The notes below the pieces were generated by a model that ran no database searches, was not told where the DNA came from, and saw only the letters and a list, made by a program, of their open reading frames with translations. The translations under genes were made by a program, and so were the position numbers. 64,000 nucleotides of DNA from Octopus sinensis (lineage: Eukaryota): positions 20,398,001 through 20,462,000 of the forward strand of contig NC_043001.1 in the NCBI RefSeq assembly GCF_006345805.1, read 5' to 3'. Positions 23,985-34,614 of this stretch are shown here, piece by piece; within the stretch, counting starts at the first letter, position 1, and each line of letters begins with the position of its first letter.

Positions 23985-24400
23985 AGGCGTAGGAGTGGCT
24001 GTGTGATAAGTAGCTTGCTTATCAACCACATGGTTCCGGGTTCAATCCCACTGCTTGGCACCTAGGGCAAGTGTCTTCTACTATAGCATCGGGTTAACCA
24101 ATGCCCTGTGAGTGGATTTGGTAGACGGAAACCGAAAGAAGCCTGTCGTATATATGTATATATGCATGTGTGTGTATGTGTCTGTGTCCGTCCTCTCAGC
24201 ATCGCTTGACAACTGATGCTGGTGTGTTTACATCCCCGTAACTTAGCGGTTCAGCAAAAGAGACCGATAGAATAAGTACTAGGCTTACAAAGAATAAGTA
24301 CTGGGGTTCATTTGCTCGACTAAAGGCGGTGCTCCAGCATGGCCACAGTCAAATGACTGAAACAAGTAAAAGAGTAAAAAGAGAGTAAAGAGTAAGTAAA
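23985..24400 (+). mobile_element. SINE-A
   Basis: Full consensus match with extended (aagagta)n tail. Confidence 0.9.
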
Positions 24401-24674
24401 ATATATAAGTTAAAGTAATATAAGAGAATGAAGATGTTTGACTGGATGAGGAAGAGACTGAACGTACAGGGTGAGAAAGACCTGGGTGATGTTGCAAGAG
24501 ACAGAAATAAATGGAGGAGGAACAAGCCATGATTCTTCAAAGACATGAATATACCATGACACAAGATATATATTCATATCGATATCGATTCAGATGAATA
24601 TGGTACCTAAGTTGAGGCACCAGAATTTAGTATGGTATTATCCATACAATTTCAAAGTAAGGTGATTAAAATCA

Positions 24675-24879
24675 TAAGCAACAAGGATATCCAGAGGTAA
24701 TGCAGTACAATCGTTTCATGCAATTCCATTTAATTTAACAATTCAATCAATAAATTCTATGTCTTCGTGCAGCTGAAGATTGCTTTGCATTTAAATTGAT
24801 GTAATGATTGCGTTGTTAAATTAAATGGAGTTGCATGAAACGATTGTACTGCATTACCTCTGGATATCCTTGTTGCTTA
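24675..24879. repeat. Inverted repeat, ~67-bp arms with ~70-bp spacer
   Basis: 24675-24741 is the reverse complement of 24813-24879 with one mismatch. Confidence 0.9.
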
Positions 24880-25028
24880 TTTTGATTATATATATATATA
24901 TATATTTGATTTTGACAAATAAAATCAAAGGAACTGACGATTTCAAGTTTGAGCTTATTACAAATAAACTTTCAAAATAGAAAATTTCCAAAGGATAGAA
25001 AACTTTGTAGTAATATCTGTTTTAATAA

Positions 25029-25262
25029 GGGCAGCAAGCTGGCAGAATCGTTAGCATGCCGGGCAAAATACCTAACGGTATTTCATCTGACTTTACATTC
25101 TGAGTTCAAATTTTGCCAAGGTCGACTTTGCCTTTCATCCTTTCAGGGTCAATTAAATAAGTACCAGTTACGCACTGGGGTTGATGTAATCAACTTAATC
25201 CCTCTGTCTGTCTTTGTTTGCCCCCTCTATATTTAGCCCCCTGTTGGCAATAAAGAAATAAA
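25029..25262 (+). mobile_element. SINE-B (second copy 25959-26192)
   Basis: Consensus match. Confidence 0.85.
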
Positions 25263-25487
25263 TATCTGTTTTAATATAAATTCCATACTAATCACAAACC
25301 AGGTTATATTTCCATTCCTATGTGTCCTACCATAAAAACATTAAAAACATTCTATATATTTCCTTTCATACATAAATGGCGGTGCCCCAGCATGGCCACA
25401 GCTCATGAGCTGAAACTAGAATCAATCAATCATACATGTCATAACATGGAAAAAGATTAAAACTATATTCTAAATGTATATATGTTA

Positions 25488-25545
25488 TTAGGTTGTTCCA
25501 AAAGTTCGTAAACACTTGCGAAAATTGAATTTTTACTCGCCAAGT
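25488..25545 (+). mobile_element. Solo mariner-like terminus (second copy 26418-26475)
   Basis: TA|TTAGGTTGTTCCAAAAGTTCGT resembles mariner TIRs; cut off by a PLE-type fragment. Confidence 0.5.
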
Positions 25546-25684
25546 ACTAACAAAAACAACAAAAATTATTCCTCAAAATAAAGACCATTATTTTCCAAGA
25601 CCTTCCATATTTTTCAATATGTGACCGTGTGTGTATCGTTGTCGATTTTCTTTCTCCATCTTCCCTTCTTTGGACTTTTTCTAT

Positions 25685-25719
25685 ATTTCTGATGAAGAGT
25701 TCCGCTCGAAACGTGAAAT
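25685..25719 (+). ncRNA. Minimal type-I hammerhead-like motif in a PLE-type fragment (copy at 26615-26649)
   Basis: ATTT-CTGATGA-AGAGTTCCGCTC-GAAA-CG-T-G-AAAT. Core intact, but position 17 is G (normally non-cleaving). Confidence 0.65.
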
Positions 25720-26739
25720 CCTCTTTCCTTTCCTGACGTCCAATAACACAGTACTTGTACCACATCCCTGCGTTGTTGTTTTTTCTTGCTTGTTCTTGTT
25801 TGGACTGAGTATATATATATATATTATATATATATTTGATTTTGACAAATAAAATCAAAGGAACTGACGATTTCAAGTTTGAGCTTATTACAAATAAACT
25901 TTCAAAATAGAAAATTTCCAAAGGATAGAAAACTTTGTAGTAATATCTGTTTTAATAAGGGCAGCAAGCTGGCAGAATCGTTAGCATGCCGGGCAAAATA
26001 CCTAACGGTATTTCATCTGACTTTACATTCTGAGTTCAAATTTTGCCAAGGTCGACTTTGCCTTTCATCCTTTCAGGGTCAATTAAATAAGTACCAGTTA
26101 CGCACTGGGGTTGATGTAATCAACTTAATCCCTCTGTCTGTCTTTGTTTGCCCCCTCTATATTTAGCCCCCTGTTGGCAATAAAGAAATAAATATCTGTT
26201 TTAATATAAATTCCATACTAATCACAAACCAGGTTATATTTCCATTCCTATGTGTCCTACCATAAAAACATTAAAAACATTCTATATATTTCCTTTCATA
26301 CATAAATGGCGGTGCCCCAGCATGGCCACAGCTCATGAGCTGAAACTAGAATCAATCAATCATACATGTCATAACATGGAAAAAGATTAAAACTATATTC
26401 TAAATGTATATATGTTATTAGGTTGTCCCAAAAGTTCGTAAACACTTGCGAAAATTGAATTTTTACTCGCCAAGTACTAACAAAAACAACAAAAATTATT
26501 CCTCAAAATAAAGACCATTATTTTCCAAGACCTTCCATATTTTTCAATATGTGACCGTGTGTGTATCGTTGTCGATTTTCTTTCTCCATCTTCCCTTCTT
26601 TGGACTTTTTCTATATTTCTGATGAAGAGTTCCGCTCGAAACGTGAAATCCTCTTTCCTTTCCTGAACGTCCAATAACACAGTACTTGTACCACATCCCT
26701 GCGTTGTTGTTTTTTCTTGCTTGTTCTTGTTTGGACTGA

Positions 26740-26773
<34 letters not shown>

Positions 26774-26829
26774 ATTATTGGTGAATTGAAGAAATGGAGC
26801 TGAACGCAGATTGAACAGAAATCGTTTTA

Positions 26830-26920
26830 TTTCATTCTACACGTGTTTCGAAAGGCACAAATTACCAAAATCCGATTGAATAATGGGACCATATTGTGTC
26901 TTTCTCTTCAGAAGAAAAAA
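26830..26920 (-). ncRNA. Type-I hammerhead ribozyme in left PLE arm
   Basis: CUGAAGA-GAAAG...CUUUC-GAAA-C-ACGU-G-UA; long stem II, palindromic loop III. Confidence 0.8.
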
Positions 26921-27509
26921 GGAAATCCGCTGGAAAAACAAAAACAGAACAGAGGCTGAGCAAAAACAAATCGAACTATGCTCCTAAGAGCCCATGGCGA
27001 AACTGTTTATCAGTGTATGTTGAGAACCGGTGGCTGAAGAATTCAACGGGTCAGGCATCGGTCAATCATGTGGGTGAGGGTGTATAGATGTTCTTTGTGA
27101 CCGAGCATAAAGTTCTGACTATTAAGGAATATTGGATGTTTTATAAGGGGCGAGAAAAAATCTACTTAGAGACGTGTGTGTGTGTATACTGTTCTATATA
27201 TGTGTGTGTTGGCGTAGGGGTAGAAAACATTTTTTGTGTACGTGTGTGCGTTTGATCGTTCGGCTGTCAGTGGCTACTGCCGTGATAACCGTTGGGTGGC
27301 AGAAAGAAAAAAAATATATATATATTATGTTTTATGTGTGTGTGTGTTCATCTAAGCCTGCCTTGTTAAGGAACCCCCCGCTGTGAAAAAACCAAGCCCC
27401 GTTTGTCTTACAGGAGTAATTCCCCTTGCAGTGGTTAATCGTAGATATCTTAAAGGCTATTTCAGAATTTGTTACCAAGGGCTATGGGTGCCGGTATTAT
27501 TTATAAACG

Positions 27510-27884
27510 CTATTTAAAAGCCAGATAAGTGTAACGCCGCCAATGGGGGCATCGAAAAGCCGACTGTAAGAGCCCGTTTACCATCCGGCCTCTGGCAAAC
27601 AAAATATGGAAGAGTTCGGAGACACAAAGGTTGCACTGTCTTCTGCCCCTATCAAATGGGAGGGCCACCGACAAAATTGACCATTCCAGCCTATAGCTTA
27701 AGTTCGTATCCTTCAGTCGCCATATTAGCTTACTGAGTCCCGTGGTCTGGCGCTTGTTCACGTCCCGAAAAGTTGCGTAATGGTTGGAGACACGCAAAGA
27801 CAATCTTGAGGATGATGTCCCTACATAAGTGAAGACATCTGAGTCCGTGTAAACCTTGCATTGGTAGACGGCGTTTTTGATCTT
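27510..27884 (-). pseudogene. PLE GIY-YIG endonuclease domain, left arm (frame open)
   Basis: KIKNAVYQCKVYTDSDVFTYVGTSSSRLSLRVSNHYATFR...LSKLIWRLKD...LEWSIL...RRQCNLCVSELFHILF...FRCPHWRRYTYLAFK*. Confidence 0.88.
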
Positions 27885-28760
27885 GATGGCATCCTTCCGA
27901 TGCCATCATTCGGTCATCAGGATAGGGCCGTATATAATAACATTAACATTTTAAGTAAGGACGGGAGCGCGGCGGATGCCGGGGTAGTCGCTCCCGCTTT
28001 TAATTTAGTGAACAAGGATAATTATCGGTCCGGGAGGTCTTACACTAACCCAAGACCCGTTATTCATCCGAGAATCACCCACCCGAATGCGAGAGCTGGC
28101 GTCCCGACCCATCACACTGATAGGAATAAGCATATATGGTTTGTAATCCCCTTGGTAAGCAGATTAGAACTAACCTCCCCCTCATGTTTAGACAAGCCAT
28201 CGCCAATAACTTCCCCAGAAATTCCAAATATTACTCCCGGTTAACTCTCGCATAAAGTTAGGATAGCTTTCTCCACACTAAAAACTCCGCCCAGATAATC
28301 GCCTCCCATAATAATAGGCTACTTACTAAGACCCTATCACCTTTCCGGAGGCACAGCCTCTTCCGCTCCCGGTTTATGCTCAGTAGGAATAATTATAGTA
28401 GTAATAATGATATGAGAGCCAGTACAGTGACACATAATCTCAGCTCCAGCCAGGGAGTACCCACTAGGGGTATAGTTATAAATAGGGGTGTTGTGGTTGA
28501 CGGTAACATGGGAGTAGGGTAGAGAGCCCCAATAGCATCCCCAGCATCATTTCCCGCAATAGCAGCACCACGGGCAGTAGCAATGACAGCACTCTGATAG
28601 ATAGTGGAGAATCAGGGGTTATTCCTATAGTTAAGAGTGACGTAGTGGAAAATAGAGTAGTAAGAGCGGCTGCAGGTCTCGGAACGAATATAGTGACAGG
28701 AACGCAGTTCTAATTTCAGAAACTAATCCTAGCAGATTAAGATTCACGTCGGCGAACTCC

Positions 28761-29129
28761 AAGATCAAAAACGCCGTCTACCAATGCAAGGTTTACACGG
28801 ACTCAGATGTCTTCACTTATGTAGGGGCATCATCCTCAAGATTGTCTTTGCGTGTCTCCAACCATTACGCAACTTTTCGGGACGTGAACAAGCGCCAGAC
28901 CACGGGACTCAGTAAGCTAATATGGCGACTGAAGGATACGAACTTAAGCTATAGGCTGGAATGGTCAATTTTGTCGGTGGCCCTCCCATTTGATAGGGGC
29001 AGAAGACAGTGCAACCTTTGTGTCTCCGAACTCTCCATATTTTGTTTGCCAGAGGCGGATGGTAAACGGGCTCTTACAGTCGGCTTTTCGATGCCCCCAT
29101 TGGCGGCGTTACACTTATCTGGCTTTTAA
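28761..29129 (+). pseudogene. PLE GIY-YIG endonuclease domain, right arm (late frameshifts)
   Basis: Same peptide (YVGASS variant) with two single-base deletions near 29030-29055 relative to the left arm. Confidence 0.88.
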
Positions 29130-29722
29130 ATAGCGTTTATAAATAATACCGGCACCCATAGCCCTTGGTAACAAATTCTGAAATAGCCTTTAAGATATCT
29201 ACGATTAACCACTGCAAGGGGAATTACTCTGTAAGACAAACGGGGCTTGGTTTTTTCACAGCGGGGGTTTCCTTAACAAGGCAGGCTTAGATGAACACAC
29301 ACACACATAAAACATAATATATATATATTTTTTTTTCTTTCTGCCACCCAACGGTTATCACGGCAGTAGCCACTGACAGCCGAACGATCAAACGCACACA
29401 CGTACACAAAAAATGTTTTCTACCCCTACGCGCCAACACACACATATAGAACAGTATACACACACACACGTCTCTAAGTAGATTTTTTCTCGCCCTTATA
29501 AAACATCCAATATTCCTTAAATAGTCAGAACTTTATGCTCGGTCACAAAGAACATCTATACACCCTCACCCACATGATTGACCGATGCCTGACCCGTTGA
29601 ATTCTTCAGCCACTGGTTCTCAACATACACTGATAAACAGTTTCGCCATGGGCTCTTAGGAGCATAGTTCGATTTGTTTTTGCTCAGCCTCTGTTCTGTT
29701 TTTGTTTTTCCAGCGGATTTCC

Positions 29723-29813
29723 TTTTTTCTTCCTGAAGAGAAAGACACAATATGGTCCCATTATTCATTCGGATTTTGGTAATTTGTGCCTTTCGAAACA
29801 CGTGTAATGAAAT
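29723..29813 (+). ncRNA. Type-I hammerhead ribozyme in right PLE arm
   Basis: CUGAAGA at 29733-29739, GAAA at 29795-29798, predicted cleavage after A29806. Confidence 0.8.
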
Positions 29814-30173
29814 AAAACGATTTCTGTTCAATCTGCGTTCAGCTCCATTTCTTCAATTCACCAATAATGTTTTAATTTCAATTATCCGCACCAACGCACG
29901 GTTGCAACGCCAGATGGTTGTACCTCCAACCGTGCTGTTTACTGCTGTGATTTTTGCTACTAAGGTATCGGTTAAACTTTTGATTAATCTACTACAAGAT
30001 TATTCATCTTTCTATTTCACATTATATATATATATATATATATATACACCCTTACTTTACTCCCTCCCCTTACTTAGCGGTCATTCGAATAGCTCTTTTG
30101 TTTTAATAACGGTCAAACACAGTAATTTCCCTTTGTATAACGGTCATTTTTCATAGCATTCTTCCGACGGCCA

Positions 30174-30234
30174 GATAACTGAAGAGATGGCGGTGTGGAT
30201 TTCCACCTCAGCATCCAAAACTCGGAGTTTTATC
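30174..30234 (+). ncRNA. Degenerate hammerhead motif of another PLE-type fragment (30047-30340)
   Basis: GATAA-CTGAAGA-GATG...CATCC-AAAA-CTCGGAG-TT-TTATC; stem I perfect, G12 apparently changed to A. Confidence 0.55.
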
Positions 30235-30781
30235 ATGGCTACCGAATAATTGTCACATATTACTTTTACAGATAAATTCCTCTATTTACATAATATTGAG
30301 GTCTCTTTCTTTCTTTTGTTGTCTTACCATTTTTATCAATATATATATATATATATATATCAATATTTTACATAAAAGATTTAAATACTGACAAAAATGT
30401 TATATATCTTATTACAGAGTATTTAATAATCAGTTATTTATTCATTTGCTGCAACATAATGCCCAAATAATTTGCAGTGTTACATGGCAAGTGGCAACTT
30501 CATTGAACAGACAGCAGTGATTTAGTAGTTTAAATAGTTTGTAGCTTATGTGGCAGCTCACAATATGTGGCTAAAATGAGGAGAAATCTTTTTTTTTAAA
30601 TAAACACCAGTAATAGTAACAACAATAACAGCCATTTCTTTTATTTGCCCCAGGGGCATGAAATGAAGGGGACGTTAAAATATGTAAAGAGTAGGATGTT
30701 ACAGCTCATACAACATACTCTAAATCATCATTTAACAAGCTAACACAACTAACATAGTAAAAAACATAGTACATAGTATAT

Positions 30782-30939
30782 AGGTGTAGGAGCGGCTGTG
30801 TGGTAAGTAGCTTGTTTACCAACTACATGGTTCCAGGTTCAGTCCTTGGGCAAGTGTCTTCTACTATAGCCTCGGGCCAACCAAAGCCTTGTGAGTGGAT
30901 TTGGTAGACGGAAACTGAAAGAAGCCCGTCGTATATATG

Positions 30940-30971
<32 letters not shown>

Positions 30972-31195
30972 GTGTTTGTGTGTCTGTGTTTTTCCCCCTA
31001 GCATTGCTTGACAACCGATGCTGGTATGTTTATGTCCCCGTAACTTAGCGGTTCGGCAAAAGAGACCAATAGAATAAGTACTGAGCTTACAAAAGAATAA
31101 GTCCTGGGGTCGAGTTGCTCGATTAAAGGCAGTGCTCCAGCATGGCCGCAGTCAAATGACTGAAACAAGTAAAAGAGTAAAAGAGAGAAAGAGTA
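30782..31195 (+). mobile_element. SINE-A
   Basis: Consensus match. Confidence 0.9.
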
Positions 31196-32565
31196 TATAT
31201 TCTACAAAAAACCCCTAAGCATGGACTAAAGTAACCACGCTAGAAATAACAAGGCAAATACCACAAGGAAATGAAACAGATATAGCATAGAGGATTCTAG
31301 ATACCACCACCATCACACACAAAAAGATAATAATAAAAAGAAATAACAATGCTGTCCACAGCAGGCATTGAAGTAGAAATGTGGATGAAACTATAGAGAA
31401 GAAGAAAAAGATGATGATGAAAATAAATAACAGAAAATTTGTTGGAATTTTAAAAAAATATCTGAAATATTTCTTTCACATTTCTCAGAGAGTTGAACTG
31501 GTCAGTGACAAAAAAAAAAAAAAGAAAAATATAATGAGGACAGAAAAGGAAATGTCAGCAAAAACAAAATAAAAATGAAAAAAAAAAGAGAAAAAAATTA
31601 GCTGTCAGCACCAGTTTATACAAACTATTAATTCTAACAAGCAAATACTTTCAAAGCAGAGTCAGAAGCTGCTTAAAATAACTTTCATCTTTAACATATA
31701 ATTGGGAAAGTTTTCTTGCAGTCAACCTAATTGAAAGGTAGAACAGGTTTTAGTATACAAGAAAGAATCGTGAATATAAAGGGTGAAAAGCTGTAAGTCA
31801 CCTTAGATTTGGGTGTGGAATTGTTAGAGGATTTAGTTTTGCTTTTTTTATTATTAGGTACATGCAATTAAGGCAGCAAGCTGGCAGAATCTATCAAGGT
31901 CGATTTTGGAAGACGAAAGTAATAAACATGAAGCTAAAAACATCCTCATCATTTTGATATCCACTTTTCCATGCTTGCATGGGTCAGATGGAATTTACTG
32001 AGACAGATTTTCTACTGCCAGATGCCTCTTCTGTCAAAAACCTTCTCCTTTTCCCAAGTATGGTGGGCAAATTAGGGGCAAAAAATATTGATGTTAACTG
32101 AATAAAAAAAAATGTGGTGGGAGGGTGGGTTACAAAGAGAAGGTTAAGACAGACAGTAAGGAAACCCTTAGATCATTTGTTTAGGGCAAAGGAGACACTG
32201 AGTTCAGTAAGACATCTTTGTCACAACTGGTTCTATAATAAACACACCATAGTGGAGATGGTAGACTTAATATGTTGGACCTCATGTCCCATAGACAGCA
32301 TTCTGTTGAGAGCACTCCTACCAGACATTTCAGTTGAGCAAAACATAGTGGTTTGTTAGCACTGATTGAGTAAGAATCATGGTCAAAGGCATGCAAGTCA
32401 TGATTATCTTGTCATATTTTTAGGGATAATATACAATGTGTCCTATTATTTGAAGAAAGTAGGATATGATTTGAGGGAGATTTTGACTACTTTTTTCTAG
32501 GATATGAATACAACCAGGTGAAAAATCCCTCTCACTTGGATGCAAATAACAAAGAACTTTCAGTA

Positions 32566-32782
32566 CAAGGGTGTGCTGAAAATTTCCTAGCTTTAGATAA
32601 AAGAAAATACAGAAGGATCAGTTAATTATGATTTTATTCAACATATTCCCCTCTCAGATTCACACATTTACTGCAGTTGGTCCTTCAGTTTTCCTAAGCC
32701 ATGTAAAAGAACACGGAAGGTTGTACCTCCAACCAGACTTTTCATGATACCCTAAAAGCCAGGAAATTACAGCACCCCCTCA
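32566..32782 (-). mobile_element. Mariner-derived MITE
   Basis: TA|CAAGGGTGTGCTGAAAATTTCCTAGCTTT ... AAAGCCAGGAAATTACAGCACCCCCTCA|TA; retains C-terminal ...KCVNLRGEYVE*. Confidence 0.8.
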
Positions 32783-33817
32783 TACACTGTAGTATTTAGT
32801 ATTCTTCCCACATAAAAACTACTGTCAGGGGTTGAGTTGCTTTCCATTTTGAACTGTGTGCACTAGTTAATCCCCTTTGTTATTCAAAATTGCAAGGACC
32901 ATAGCAACAGAAACTCTACCAGGCCTAGATGCTTGTTGATGAAGTGTCCCCAGAAGTTGCCTTATTTGACAAAAAAGTGGGGGCAGGCAAGTTAAGAAGA
33001 AGAGGTTTGGTGTTGTGATGTCAGTGATATGTATGTGTGTGTGTGTGTGTGCATGCAAGTATAGGTATGTTAGTGTACAAGAGTGAAATTAGAAAAACAG
33101 TCAGTAAATATTTTGGTTTTATCTGTAGGTGTATTGCTTACGCAGAACCTCCAAACAAATCTTTCTCTCACCCCTCAATACCAACCTTTACCATACCGTC
33201 ATTATCTCTGCCCCCATCCGATTGTCTGATCACTGCTAATCAAGGTAACCTACTTTGTATTATCATATAGCATAACAAACTCATTTTCCAAAATCTCTGG
33301 TACATTAATCAGCTAATTGATTGAAGTTCTGCCAATTCTATGCTAACTGCTCTTGGCAGTAAATGTACTTTAACACTAAGCATACCGAAACCAAACCCAC
33401 CCTCCTGAATATCACTAGGTATGTCTCTCAGACAACCAAAATCTATGATCTCGAATATATCAAAATATTTCACTCAGATTTGCAAAGCTACTGTGTAGGT
33501 AACTACAACACCTGTAATAAAATACTCTCTGTTACTAACTGAGAAACATTCACTTATTGCAACAATACTTGCAAATAGCCATACAGAAAACAAGAGGCTT
33601 TCATTCATCACGTGGCCTACAAGATCTTCCACCTCCTAAATGGTGGTGATGTCTTTTGGTCTTTTGCCGCATAGATATTTGTTACCTTTGGTGAATCTTC
33701 TTAATCACAACCCTTCGCCAAGATTATTATGTAAGCAACAACCCCTGTAGATAAAAGTTAATATAATTGTCACTTGTTTTTCTTCTTCTTTGTATGAACA
33801 CAATAAACGCTTTCTTC

Positions 33818-34235
33818 TTATTTCTTTACTGCCCACAATGGGCTACACACAGAGGGGACAAACAAGGACAGATAAATGGATTAAGTTGATTATACCGACC
33901 CTAGTGCATAACTGGTACTTATTTAATTGACCCTGAAAGGATGAAAGGCAAAGTTGACCTCGACAGAATTTGAACTCAGAACGTAGCGGCAGACAAAATA
34001 CCTATTTCTTTACTACCCACAAGGGGCTAAAGTTAGGGGGGACAAACAAGGACAGACAAAGGGATTAAGTCGATTATATTGACCTCAGTGCGTAACTCAT
34101 ACTTATTTAATCGACCCCGAAAGGATGAAAGGCAAAGTCGACCTCGGCGGAATTTGAACTCAGAATGTAGCGGCAGACGAAATACCACTAAACATTTCGC
34201 CCGGCATGCTAACATTTCTGCCAGCTCGCTGCCTT
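33818..34235 (-). mobile_element. SINE-B dimer
   Basis: Junction aaatac|ctatttc near 34000. Confidence 0.85.
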
Positions 34236-34614
34236 TCTTCTTGACTTGCTTACTCTGCCTTTCTAGCACCATTTCTAAAAAGGAAATCTTCTGAGGAGAC
34301 TTCATACCAACAAATAACAGGTCCTGAGGATGTTTCTCTTATCCCACATCTTTTCAATTTCTCTTAAAGATTTTCTATTCATGTATGGAAATACGACATT
34401 ATCTCCCGTTGCCTTTCTCTCACTTCCATTATCACAAATGATTTGGAAACAATTGTAGACATCTCATGCTAGGCATGCATCACTTCCATGAACAGAGATC
34501 TTAGGAACATCTTCCCGTGGAGGATGATAATCCACTCTACTGGCTGAACACATAGTCCCTATGCATATTATCAGCACAACATTACAGAATCCTTGCTCAT
34601 GAATTGTTGTGTTG

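Larger units (their letters stand above)
24890..26760. repeat. 930-bp tandem duplication bounded by (TA)n
   Basis: Identical ORFs at 24949 and 25879 (offset 930); I see only two differences outside the TA tracts. Confidence 0.95.
26770..29872 (+). mobile_element. 5'-truncated Penelope-like retroelement with an inverted copy of its 3' end (~1.1-kb inverted arms)
   Basis: 26770-27885 is the reverse complement of 28760-29872. The spacer encodes frameshifted RT C-terminal motifs (RNKHIWF, QIRTNLPLMFRQAIANNFP, KVRIAFSTL, IIASHNNRLL). The arms encode GIY-YIG and hammerhead motifs. Confidence 0.92.

Noticed and set aside
24949-26166. Two identical 95-aa ORFs as a duplicated gene
   Set aside because: They read through SINE-B inside the 930-bp duplication.
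27890-29129. Selenocysteine recoding, known in some PLEs
   Set aside because: The interruptions I traced are frameshifts ending in TAG or TAA, not in-frame TGA, and I could not identify a SECIS element.
33300-33800. Possible degenerate PLE or other retroelement coding remnant
   Set aside because: I could not recover a convincing motif in any frame.
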